Counted from the stretch's first letter, positions 9,580 through 18,365 are shown. The stretch: DNA of 64,000 nt from an uncultured Candidatus Saccharibacteria bacterium (GCA_964646765.1 CAZYIA010000001.1:1334-65333); one strand, 5' to 3'. The notes: generated by a model from the sequence alone, not told the origin. Made by a program: numbers and translations.

Positions 9580-11325
9580 ATGTCATCTGAAACTAAAACC
9601 ACAGTAATGCCAAAGGATATTCCACGGAGAGGCATATTTGGCATGCTCAAACCATATGGTTGGTTTATTTTTCTTCTTGTCCTTTGTACCGTTGTAGCAA
9701 ACGGACTCAACTTGGCTGTTCCTAAAATCATGGCTCATGCCATTGATACATATTCGGAAGGAAACTTTGTGCTCACAACACTAATTATCGAGTTTTCTAT
9801 CGTTTCAATTCTGATATTTGTTTTTACCTATCTACAAAATATTGTGCAGGTATATACGGCTGAAAGAGTTGCTCGTGATTTGCGTACTAAACTTGCAGCA
9901 AAGATTTCGCAGCAAGACTATGCATTTATTGACCGTACGACACCAGCGAAACTGCTAACCAACTTAACCTCCGATGCCGATGCGGTGAAAAATTTTATTG
10001 CACAAGCAATTTCTTCAATTATTTCCTCAGTGTTTCTTATTATTGGTGCGAGTATTCTCTTGCTGGTTACCAACTGGAAACTTGGTCTCGTTGTGCTCTC
10101 AGTGGTGCCAATCATTGGAGTAACATTCAGTATCATTTTCGGCAAAGTTCGCAAATTATTTGTTCGGGCACAAGGTGCTATTGATTGGTTAAATAAAGTA
10201 ATTAACGAAAGCATCTTAGGTGCCGCACTAATCCGGTTGGTTAACTCTCAATCTCTTGAATATCAAAAATTCCTTAATGCTAACACTGAAGCGCGCGAAA
10301 TTAGCTTAGGAATTTTGAAATTGTTTGCCAGCTTAATTCCTATTATTACGTTTCTTACGAACGCAGCAATTCTTGCCATTCTCGTTCTCGGTGGGCATTT
10401 TGTCATCAACGGAAGTATGTCACTTGGTGATTTTACGGCGTTCAATAGCTACCTCTCAATTCTTATTTTCCCGATTTTTATTTTAGGATTTATGTCTACG
10501 GTTATTGCTCAAGCGACAGCTTCATATGGTCGCATAGAAGAGGTTTTAAATACGCCGGACGCTAAGGACTTAGGTACTATTACTACACCGCTACGGGGAG
10601 ATGTTGCCGTACAGAATGTTACTCTCTCATTTGGTGAAAAAGACGCTCTCAAGAATGTTTCGTTTGAAGCGAAAGCTAAAACACGCACAGCAATTATTGG
10701 CCCAACCGCAGCAGGAAAGACGCAGCTTCTGTACGTGCTTACCGGTTTGGTAACTCCACAAGAAGGTAGTGTGCTCTATGATGGAAAAAATATTACTGAG
10801 TACAATAAAGAAAAATTGCATGACCAAATAGGTTTGGTATTCCAAGATAGTATTTTATTTAACCTAACCCTTCGTGAAAATATTGCTTTCAGTAGTGCAG
10901 TTACTGACGAAACGTTACAAAAAGCTATTGATACAGCAGAACTTGGTGACTTCATCGACTCGTTACCTGAAGGCTTAAATACAGTTGTATCTGAGCGAGG
11001 TACTAGTCTTTCTGGCGGTCAAAAACAGCGAGTGATGCTTGCCCGAGCGTTAGCATTAAATCCAACGGTTCTTCTCTTAGATGATTTTACCGCGCGGGTA
11101 GATGCTCGCACTGAAAAGAAAATTCTGGAAAATGTTCGCAAAAACTATCCAGATATTACGCTTATTTCCATCACTCAAAAAATTACTTCGGTCGAGTCAT
11201 TCGATCAAATTGTACTTCTGATGGAAGGGGAGTTAATTGCAAAAGGTACTCATAGAGAACTTCTTGAAATCTGTCCTGAGTACGTCCAAATTTATAATTC
11301 GCAGGAGAGTACTGAGCATTTATGA
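9580..11325 (+). CDS. ABC exporter, fused TMD-NBD subunit 1
   Basis: 6 TM helices, Walker A GPTAAGKT, LSGGQKQR, degenerate Walker B LLDD; ATG at 9580 preferred over TTG at 9556. Confidence 0.9.
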   Translation: MSSETKTTVMPKDIPRRGIFGMLKPYGWFIFLLVLCTVVANGLNLAVPKIMAHAIDTYSEGNFVLTTLIIEFSIVSILIFVFTYLQNIVQVYTAERVARDLRTKLAAKISQQDYAFIDRTTPAKLLTNLTSDADAVKNFIAQAISSIISSVFLIIGASILLLVTNWKLGLVVLSVVPIIGVTFSIIFGKVRKLFVRAQGAIDWLNKVINESILGAALIRLVNSQSLEYQKFLNANTEAREISLGILKLFASLIPIITFLTNAAILAILVLGGHFVINGSMSLGDFTAFNSYLSILIFPIFILGFMSTVIAQATASYGRIEEVLNTPDAKDLGTITTPLRGDVAVQNVTLSFGEKDALKNVSFEAKAKTRTAIIGPTAAGKTQLLYVLTGLVTPQEGSVLYDGKNITEYNKEKLHDQIGLVFQDSILFNLTLRENIAFSSAVTDETLQKAIDTAELGDFIDSLPEGLNTVVSERGTSLSGGQKQRVMLARALALNPTVLLLDDFTARVDARTEKKILENVRKNYPDITLISITQKITSVESFDQIVLLMEGELIAKGTHRELLEICPEYVQIYNSQESTEHL

Positions 11326-13079
11326 ACTACAAACTAAGAACATTTGAAAAAGCTGAGCGATCAATGGCGATGAAAGATGCGCTTGTTAGTTTAAAGCCGC
11401 TGCTCTCCGATGAAAAGAGTTCGTTACTTTTTGCCCTCGTTGCCATCATTATCAACTCGGGAGCAAATCTTTTAGGCCCAGTTATTATTGCCAAGGTTAT
11501 TGATACCTATATTGCTACTAAAAATTTCCACGGTGTTCTCGTATACTCAGGTTTACTTGCGGTAGTATATCTTTTTGGTTTAGGTGCTTCGTTTCTTCAA
11601 ATTCAGGTGATGGGAGGAGTTGGACGTCGCGTACTCTTTAAACTCCGCAACAGTATTTTTACGAAGCTTCAGGAATTGCCAGTGGCATTCTTTAACGCAA
11701 ATAAAGCTGGTGATTTAATTTCGCGTATCAACAATGATACCGATAAATTAAACCAGTTCTTTTCACAGGCCTTGGTGCAACTTGTGGGTAATCTGTTCAT
11801 GATGCTCGGGGCTGCTATTTTTCTCGTGACGCTTAATGTCCGGCTAGGTTTTGCATCCCTTGCCCCGGCTCTCCTGGTGGTTATTATTACTCAGCTTATT
11901 TCGCCATGGATTAAGAGTACCAGCACACGCAGTTTGCAAACCCTTGGTGGTATGAGTGCTGAAATTCAGGAAAGTTTGGCCAACTTTAAGGTTGTGGTTG
12001 CCTTTAATCGTCTCGATTATTTTCGTACAAAATTTAATGACGTTAATCAGCAAAATTATAAATCTTCTATTAAGGCTGGTATTGCAAATAATATCCTTGT
12101 TCCTATTTATGGTATTGCTTCGAACTTGGCGCAGATCGCGGTATTAGCCTATGGAATTATGATGATTACTTCTGGTCATCTTACTATCGGTTTATTGGTC
12201 GGATTTTTGCTCTATGTAAACAATTTCTATACACCACTTCGCCAACTTGCAGCTCTGTGGTCATCGCTCCAATTTGCTCTCGCCTCACTTGACCGCATCT
12301 CAGAAGTGTTAGATCTCGAATCAACGATCAAAGTAGTACCATCTGGCAAAACCATAGAACCGAACGGCATTCTTACTTTTGAACGGGTTTTCTTTTCGTA
12401 TAGTAATGAAAAGCAAGTACTCCACGATGTAAGCTTTACCCTTCAAAAAGGGAAGACGTATGCGCTGGTAGGGCCAACGGGAGGAGGTAAAACAACCACA
12501 GCCTCTCTGATGGCGCGGTTATTTGATCCAACTATGGGAACGGTATATCTTGAAGGTAAAGATATTCGCTCATATGATCCAGCTGTACGTGCCAAGAAAA
12601 TAGGGTTCATCCTTCAAGAACCGTTTTTGTTTACGGGTACCGTTCAAGAAAACATTTTGTACGGCAATGAAGAATACCAAAACAGAACGAGCGAAGAACT
12701 TCTGAAATTGTTACAAGAAAAACAACTCGATAGTTTATTGGTACGATTTGAAAAAGGTTTAGATACCAAAGTTGGAGCAGGGGATGCAATTAGTTTAGGA
12801 CAAAAGCAGCTCATCGCTTTTATGCGAGCAGTTTTGCGAAATCCAAAACTTCTTATTTTAGATGAGGCAACGGCTAACATTGATACCGTTACCGAACAAC
12901 TTCTTGAAGAAATTTTAAAAAAACTTCCTTCCGACACAACAAAAGTAATTATTGCGCACCGGCTTAATACGATTCAAAACGCAGATGATATTTTCTTTGT
13001 AAATGGCGGAGATGTTATCCACGCTGGTTCTTTTGAGCATGCACTGGAAATGCTCTTACATGGAAAGCGGGTAAGTTAA
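11322..13079 (+). CDS. ABC exporter, fused TMD-NBD subunit 2 (heterodimer partner)
   Basis: GPTGGGKTT, ISLGQKQ, LILDEAT, IAHRL; 4-nt overlap with subunit 1. Confidence 0.9.
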   Translation: MNYKLRTFEKAERSMAMKDALVSLKPLLSDEKSSLLFALVAIIINSGANLLGPVIIAKVIDTYIATKNFHGVLVYSGLLAVVYLFGLGASFLQIQVMGGVGRRVLFKLRNSIFTKLQELPVAFFNANKAGDLISRINNDTDKLNQFFSQALVQLVGNLFMMLGAAIFLVTLNVRLGFASLAPALLVVIITQLISPWIKSTSTRSLQTLGGMSAEIQESLANFKVVVAFNRLDYFRTKFNDVNQQNYKSSIKAGIANNILVPIYGIASNLAQIAVLAYGIMMITSGHLTIGLLVGFLLYVNNFYTPLRQLAALWSSLQFALASLDRISEVLDLESTIKVVPSGKTIEPNGILTFERVFFSYSNEKQVLHDVSFTLQKGKTYALVGPTGGGKTTTASLMARLFDPTMGTVYLEGKDIRSYDPAVRAKKIGFILQEPFLFTGTVQENILYGNEEYQNRTSEELLKLLQEKQLDSLLVRFEKGLDTKVGAGDAISLGQKQLIAFMRAVLRNPKLLILDEATANIDTVTEQLLEEILKKLPSDTTKVIIAHRLNTIQNADDIFFVNGGDVIHAGSFEHALEMLLHGKRVS

Positions 13080-13083
13080 GGTT

Positions 13084-13262
13084 TTGCGGAGGAGGCGAGA
13101 TTCGCCCGCGGCTAAAACTTTTTCGTCAAAAAGTTTTGTCTGGGCACCAGCTCGTCTGTTTTGTTTACTAACAAAACATGACTCCGCTGTTCGAATCTCA
13201 CTCGAATATGAAGCAGTTCATATTCTCTCCTCACGCAAAAGAGCCTCTTTAAGGACTCTTGA
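13084..13262. repeat. 179-bp hairpin-rich element duplicating the tRNA-Ser 3' end
   Basis: 21-bp direct repeat 13084-13104 = 13263-13283; inverted copy at 13189-13201 + 13227-13238; internal hairpins. Confidence 0.85.
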
Positions 13263-13265
13263 TTG

Positions 13266-13352
13266 CGGAGGAGGCGAGATTCGAACTCGCGGTCAGGTTT
13301 CCCCAACACAGTCTTTCCAGGACTGCCATTTAAACCACTCATGCACTCCTCC
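13266..13352 (-). tRNA. tRNA-Ser(GGA)
   Basis: GGAGGAG/CTCCTCC acceptor stem, CAGTC-CTGGAAA-GACTG anticodon arm, long variable arm, GTTCGAATC T-loop, G discriminator; no encoded CCA. Confidence 0.95.
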
Positions 13353-13477
13353 GTATATTTCATTTTTCTCAAACGGAGGTCGCACAGGGTGCGAAACAGT
13401 GCATGAGTGGTCGGCCACTATTGTGTGCCGGCTTAAATTGAAGCAGTTCAATGCAAGCCCATCTCATGCACTCCTCC
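13353..13477. repeat. 125-bp hairpin-rich element duplicating the tRNA-Ser 5' end
   Basis: 15-bp direct repeat 13338-13352 = 13463-13477; inverted copy at 13373-13379 + 13398-13411. Confidence 0.85.
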
Positions 13478-13549
13478 CTTAGAACCAATCATTTTTAACA
13501 CATGTTTTTATACTTTTCTAGTGTGACGAAGTGGAGTACACTGGGGAGT

Positions 13550-14599
13550 ATGCGTTTTAAATATACCTTCTCACTCTTCGTTGGTGTAACACTCCTATTC
13601 TTTTTGGTTCCACATATCGTATCTGCGCATGAGGTGTATGTACTTAATGCGAACGAAATTCAGTTTGCGCTCAAAGCACCGTCTCCTGATTTTCTCACTA
13701 CGATTACAACCCATCTTGGGCAATTTTTAACGTGGGGCTTACTGACACTTCTTATTGTTATTGGAGTATTTTTTATTTCAATTATTCGACCCGTTGAGCG
13801 AGCCATTGATCCTTTCTTAAATAAATTAAAAGTTACTGCTCCACTTATTGCTCAAGTCACTCTCGGCGCGGCGCTTTTAGCTAGTGGTTATTACCATGCA
13901 ATTTTTGGTATTGAACTTCCAGTTGTGGTTACGTTCGGTATCTATGCACCTCTCGTGAATAGTGTGCTCATGATTATCGGCGTGATGTTACTTTTTGGCA
14001 TCTTGCCGCGTGTTGCTGCCATTGTAGCTGCAGTATTGTATCTTTCTCTCGTATTTTCTTATGGAGTATATATGTTGAACTATGCTACCTATGCGGGCGA
14101 AGCGCTCACCGTAGCGCTCTTTGGTGGGGCATACCATGTTATTGAATTTAAAAAAATGGCGCGTTTATTTGAACGAGTAGAAAATAAAATCGTTCCTCAC
14201 TTGCATGCGTATAAATTCCTCATCATGCGAGTACTTTTTGGAGTTTCTCTCGTCTATGCTTCGCTATATGCAAAATTTTTTCATGGTGAGTTAGCTCTTG
14301 AAACTGTTACGAAATATCATTTAACTCAATATTTTCATTTTGACCCTGTCTTTTTGGTTCTTGGAGCTATGGCTATTGAGGTGTTGCTTGGTTTTTGTTT
14401 TATTCTTGGATTCGAAATTCGCTTCGCCTCACTTTTTTTCTTGATTTTCTTAACACTCTCGCTTCTCTTTTTTGGCGAAGCCGTATGGCCGCATGTCATT
14501 CTTATTGGCACCGCACTTGCAATGTTTGCTCATGGATATGATGCCTACTGTCTTTCCGCTTTGCTTTCAAAGCAAAAAAATTTAGAACCAGTACTTTAG
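13550..14599 (+). CDS. Multi-pass membrane protein with tandem DoxX-like domains
   Basis: Two repeats of the R/Q-x-x-x-G ... LLxGxxxR-x-AA pattern; GGGGAG just before ATG 13550. Confidence 0.7.
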   Translation: MRFKYTFSLFVGVTLLFFLVPHIVSAHEVYVLNANEIQFALKAPSPDFLTTITTHLGQFLTWGLLTLLIVIGVFFISIIRPVERAIDPFLNKLKVTAPLIAQVTLGAALLASGYYHAIFGIELPVVVTFGIYAPLVNSVLMIIGVMLLFGILPRVAAIVAAVLYLSLVFSYGVYMLNYATYAGEALTVALFGGAYHVIEFKKMARLFERVENKIVPHLHAYKFLIMRVLFGVSLVYASLYAKFFHGELALETVTKYHLTQYFHFDPVFLVLGAMAIEVLLGFCFILGFEIRFASLFFLIFLTLSLLFFGEAVWPHVILIGTALAMFAHGYDAYCLSALLSKQKNLEPVL

Positions 14600-14623
14600 G
14601 TCTTACTATGCTATTATTTTCTT

Positions 14624-15373
14624 ATGACCACTTTTCGAAATCCTGTTCTACATACGACACAGAATGTTTCTCGTTTACATAAAGAAGCGCAGGGGACAAG
14701 TAGCACCTCAAAACTAAACTGGCTTAGAGCGGCGGTGCTCGGTGCTAATGATGGGATCGTTTCCATTTCCTCACTTATTGTTGGTGTTGCTGGAGCTTCA
14801 AATTCACTTCGCGCAATACTTACCGCTGGTATTGCAGGAGCGGTAGCAGGAGCGCTCTCGATGGCGGCAGGGGAGTATGTGTCGGTGTCTTCACAACGAG
14901 ATGCTGAAAAGGTACTTCTTGAAAAGGAGCGCCAAGAGCTTATTGATACTCCGACCGAAGAACTGCATGAACTTACCGATATCTATAAAAACAAAGGTTT
15001 GTCCGCGGAGACTGCGGCACAAGTGGCAAAAGAACTTACCGCCCACGATGCGTTCGCTGCCCACGTTGAAGCAGAATTAAAAATTGATCCGAACGATCTT
15101 ACCAACCCATGGCATGCTGCTTACGCTTCAGCTTTAGCGTTTTTAGTTGGATCAGTTATTCCACTCCTAGCAGTTATTATTCCCCCAGCTTCTTGGCGAA
15201 TCCCGGTCAGTTTTATTGCAGTTATTATTGCCCTCGGTATAACCGGAACTCTCTCTGCCCATGTTGGAGGAGCCAATAAGATACGGGCTGTCGCACGTGT
15301 TGTTCTCGGTGGTGTTTTAGCCATGCTCGTAACATTTTCTATTGGCAAACTCTTCGGTATTTCTGGCCTATAA
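14624..15373 (+). CDS. VIT1/CCC1 family iron/manganese transporter
   Basis: LRAAVLGANDGIVS, GALSMAAGEYVSVSSQRD, NPWHAA. Confidence 0.93.
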   Translation: MTTFRNPVLHTTQNVSRLHKEAQGTSSTSKLNWLRAAVLGANDGIVSISSLIVGVAGASNSLRAILTAGIAGAVAGALSMAAGEYVSVSSQRDAEKVLLEKERQELIDTPTEELHELTDIYKNKGLSAETAAQVAKELTAHDAFAAHVEAELKIDPNDLTNPWHAAYASALAFLVGSVIPLLAVIIPPASWRIPVSFIAVIIALGITGTLSAHVGGANKIRAVARVVLGGVLAMLVTFSIGKLFGISGL

Positions 15374-15528
15374 GAGCGATTTCCACAGCTGGGGTAGAGC
15401 CCTTCCTTTTATTCAAAATGTGTGCTTTAATACGAAGTGTATTTTCGTGTTCGACCGTTTTGGGTAACCAGTAGGCCGCGACTGAAATTACGGTCGAATA
15501 ATTCTAGATCACAAGATCTATTCTCACT

Positions 15529-15828
15529 ATGGCAGCAAAACTCTACATCGGTTCTCTCGCTTACGCGACTACCGATGACAGCCTCCGCAACTATTTTGCG
15601 ACAGCTGGAAACGTTGTTAGTGCATCAGTCATCATGGATAAGATGACCGGTCGCTCACGCGGTTTCGGTTTCGTAGAAATGGGCAGCGAGCAGGAAGCAC
15701 AGGATGCTATCGCAAAGTTCGATGGAACCGAACTCGACGGTCGCACAATCCGTGTTTCTGTAGCACAGGCTAAGGAGCGCACAGGTGGCAATGGCGGCGG
15801 CGGATTCCGCGGCGGCAATCGCTACTAG
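15529..15828 (+). CDS. RRM (RNP-1) RNA-binding protein with Gly/Arg tail
   Basis: KLYIGSL (RNP2) and RGFGFVEM (RNP1). Confidence 0.95.
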   Translation: MAAKLYIGSLAYATTDDSLRNYFATAGNVVSASVIMDKMTGRSRGFGFVEMGSEQEAQDAIAKFDGTELDGRTIRVSVAQAKERTGGNGGGGFRGGNRY

Positions 15829-15843
15829 TACGTTTTCTCATTT

Positions 15844-15873
15844 ACAAAAAATCCGCTTCGGCGGATTTTTTGT
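15844..15873 (+). terminator. Intrinsic terminator
   Basis: ACAAAAAATCCGC-TTCG-GCGGATTTTTTGT. Confidence 0.9.
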
Positions 15874-15917
15874 TTTGGTTGCAGATAATACAGTGCTACC
15901 GTATAGTTTTGGTGTTT

Positions 15918-16080
15918 GGGCGCGTTGCGGAATTAGTATCGCGTCTCAGAAGTGAGAGGCGATATACTGGGAACCCAGTTTCTAAGCATATCGCCGCAAG
16001 ACCTTAAGCGTTTTGTTTCAAAATGCGAAAGGTGTACAACTCCTGTAAGGAGTCACGAAAGATAAATTTGTGTCTTGAGT
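15918..16080. repeat. 163-bp hairpin-rich element with a degenerate copy of the tRNA-Leu 5' half
   Basis: 15918-15939 matches 16081-16102 at 18/22; CGTCTCAGAAG at 15942-15952 = 16110-16120; serial hairpins. Confidence 0.75.
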
Positions 16081-16162
16081 GGGCGTGTGGCGGAACTGGT
16101 ATACGCGTACGTCTCAGAAGCGTATCCCGAAAGGGTTGGAGGTTCAAATCCTCTCACGCCCA
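16081..16162 (+). tRNA. tRNA-Leu(CAG)
   Basis: GGGCGTG/CACGCCC acceptor stem, TACGT-CTCAGAA-GCGTA anticodon arm, variable arm, GTTCAAATC, A discriminator. Confidence 0.95.
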
Positions 16163-16197
16163 CTCAAGATAGAAGTTAATTGCATCACTAGCCCACT

Positions 16198-16485
16198 ATG
16201 AATAAAGAACATAAAAAAGTTATTGTTTCCGGCAGAGTCCAGGGAGTCTTTTTCCGTGATAGCGCAAAAGAAGTCGCTCACTCATTAGGTATCTTTGGTA
16301 CGGTGCGAAATGCTACCGACGGGACGGTCCATGTTGAAATAGAAGGGGAACACGAGACTCTCGAGCAGTTCCTTTTTTGGTGTGCGACAGGTCCTAAGGA
16401 TGCAATTGTTACTAATATGGATGTAACCAAGGGAGAGTTTAAAAATTTCTCAACTTTTGAAATTCTACCTGATTTACAAGGCTAA
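16198..16485 (+). CDS. acyP: Acylphosphatase
   Basis: VSGRVQGVFFR, GTVRNxxDGTV. Confidence 0.93.
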   Translation: MNKEHKKVIVSGRVQGVFFRDSAKEVAHSLGIFGTVRNATDGTVHVEIEGEHETLEQFLFWCATGPKDAIVTNMDVTKGEFKNFSTFEILPDLQG

Positions 16486-16534
16486 ATTTAGAAAAGACTG
16501 GAAAAAAGTACCTTTTTTGCTATAATCTGACGAT

Positions 16535-17758
16535 ATGCAGAAAGTATTTCGCGCGGGCTTCCTCTTTGTCGCTTTTGCCCTTCTAGCCCTTTCTATCCCA
16601 GTATTTGCAGAAGAGAAAGACCCCATAAAGGCTGATACACCAACAGTCAGTACTCCGGTGCTTTCACCTGATGACCAAGAACTATATAAGGAGATTGATC
16701 AGTTACTCATACTTGGTTTTCGGGGAACTGAAGTTACTGATGAGAGTCCAATTGCCACTATTCTAAAAGATACTAATTTGGGAGGGGTTATTCTCTTTGA
16801 TTATGATTCCTTGACCAAAAAGTTTGATCGAAATATTAGTTCACCATCACAACTTCAAGCTCTTACTACTGCACTTCAAAGCCGCGCAGCAACACCACTT
16901 TTTATTTCAATTGATGAAGAAGGTGGAGCAGTGAATCGTTTGAAAAAGTCATACGGGTTTTCCTATGTCTTACCACGAGCAAAAGAGCTAGGTTTAAAGA
17001 AAACATCAAACACCCTTCTTCAAAGTAAAAAACTTGCTCGGCAGCTTAAGGTGCTCGGTATCAATTTAAATTTTGCTCCCGACGTTGATCTTGATTATGG
17101 TACCCGAAGCCCGATTATCGGTCTCTTTGGCCGCGCATTTAGTTCAAAGCCAGCAGTTGTTGTTGCTCATGCAAAAGCCTTTATTGATGGCCATAACTAT
17201 TACGGTATTGGAACTGTTATTAAGCATTTCCCAGGCCACGGTAGTGCGCGAGGGGATACTCATGCGGGGTTGGTAGATATTACTCGTACCTACGATGTCC
17301 GTGAGGCTGAACCATTCCAGAAATTGGTTACCAGTGGAGATGCTAAAGCCGTAATGGTTGGTCATCTTTTTGACCGTGACATCGATCCAACGTATCCAGC
17401 TTCTCTTTCAAAAGTGTTTGTTACCGATCTTCTCCGCAAGAAACTTAACTTTGACGGTGTTGTTGTCAGTGATGATCTTAATATGGGAGCAATTGCCGAT
17501 GCGTATTCTCCGGGAGAAGCAGCTGTTCTCGCTCTTTCAGCTGGTGACGATATGTTGATTTTTTCTAACAACATTGACTCTTATGATGACAATCTGGTGT
17601 ATAACGTCCGCGATGCAGTATTTAAAGCGGTGCAAGATGGAACGCTCCCACGTTCTCGAGTTCAGGATGCTTTCAGTCATGTAATGCTCTGGAAAGCATG
17701 GCTTAATGTTATCCCTGACAAAGATCCTGGGGATGCTAGCGACGACGAAAGTCTCTAG
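16535..17758 (+). CDS. nagZ: Secreted GH3 beta-N-acetylhexosaminidase (NagZ-like)
   Basis: Signal peptide; IDEEGG.V.R, KHFPGHGSARGDTH, SDDLNM. Confidence 0.85.
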   Translation: MQKVFRAGFLFVAFALLALSIPVFAEEKDPIKADTPTVSTPVLSPDDQELYKEIDQLLILGFRGTEVTDESPIATILKDTNLGGVILFDYDSLTKKFDRNISSPSQLQALTTALQSRAATPLFISIDEEGGAVNRLKKSYGFSYVLPRAKELGLKKTSNTLLQSKKLARQLKVLGINLNFAPDVDLDYGTRSPIIGLFGRAFSSKPAVVVAHAKAFIDGHNYYGIGTVIKHFPGHGSARGDTHAGLVDITRTYDVREAEPFQKLVTSGDAKAVMVGHLFDRDIDPTYPASLSKVFVTDLLRKKLNFDGVVVSDDLNMGAIADAYSPGEAAVLALSAGDDMLIFSNNIDSYDDNLVYNVRDAVFKAVQDGTLPRSRVQDAFSHVMLWKAWLNVIPDKDPGDASDDESL

Positions 17759-17824
17759 TGTGGTATACTTTTGTAGTTCTATTAGAAGTTAGAAAGTAAC
17801 TCCGGATTTTCCGGGTAATAATGT

Positions 17825-18352
17825 ATGTGTATAGACTGTAAAGGTCCAGTTGGTTTTTCTCCAAAGAGTCTCGGTCTTCTTTTGCTCCGTCTTGTTGTCG
17901 CGGGCATTTTTTTGTATCACGGTTGGAATAAGTTCATGTTTATGGACAATACGGTGATATTCTTCGGTACGCTCGGCCTCGCGCCATTCTTTGCGTACTT
18001 TATTGCTCTCGTTGAAGTTGTTGGTGGTTTGTTTATGCTTCTCGGTGCATTTCCATGTGTTACCGGTATCATGCTTGCTCTCGACATGGTGGTTGCTATC
18101 TTCTTGGTAAAACTTTCAAGCGGTTTTGTTGGCATGGAAACCGAACTTCTTCTTTTTGCTGGCTCACTTGCTCTTGCCCTCATGGGAAGTGGTCGCTATG
18201 CAATTATGAAACACTGTCCATGTAAATGGTGCCGCTGGTGCAAACAAGATGGTGGTTGCGCATGTTGCGGAGGTGGCTGCAAAGACTGTAAAGATTGTGC
18301 AGCGTGTAAGGATGGAGTTTGTGCTCTGCCTAAAACTGAGAAGTCTTCTTAA
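17825..18352 (+). CDS. DoxX-family membrane protein with Cys-rich C-terminal tail
   Basis: LLLRLVVAGIFLYHGWNK, E..GG, GSGRY; 12 Cys in the tail. Confidence 0.85.
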   Translation: MCIDCKGPVGFSPKSLGLLLLRLVVAGIFLYHGWNKFMFMDNTVIFFGTLGLAPFFAYFIALVEVVGGLFMLLGAFPCVTGIMLALDMVVAIFLVKLSSGFVGMETELLLFAGSLALALMGSGRYAIMKHCPCKWCRWCKQDGGCACCGGGCKDCKDCAACKDGVCALPKTEKSS

Positions 18353-18365
18353 AAGGCTGTTTTGT

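Noticed and set aside
9580-13079. Degenerate Walker B or signature motifs as a sign of pseudogenes
   Set aside because: Asymmetric sites are normal in heterodimeric ABC exporters
13084-13482. 132-aa (+) and 86-aa (-) ORFs
   Set aside because: They overlap tRNA-Ser and its palindromic flanks and have no protein-like features
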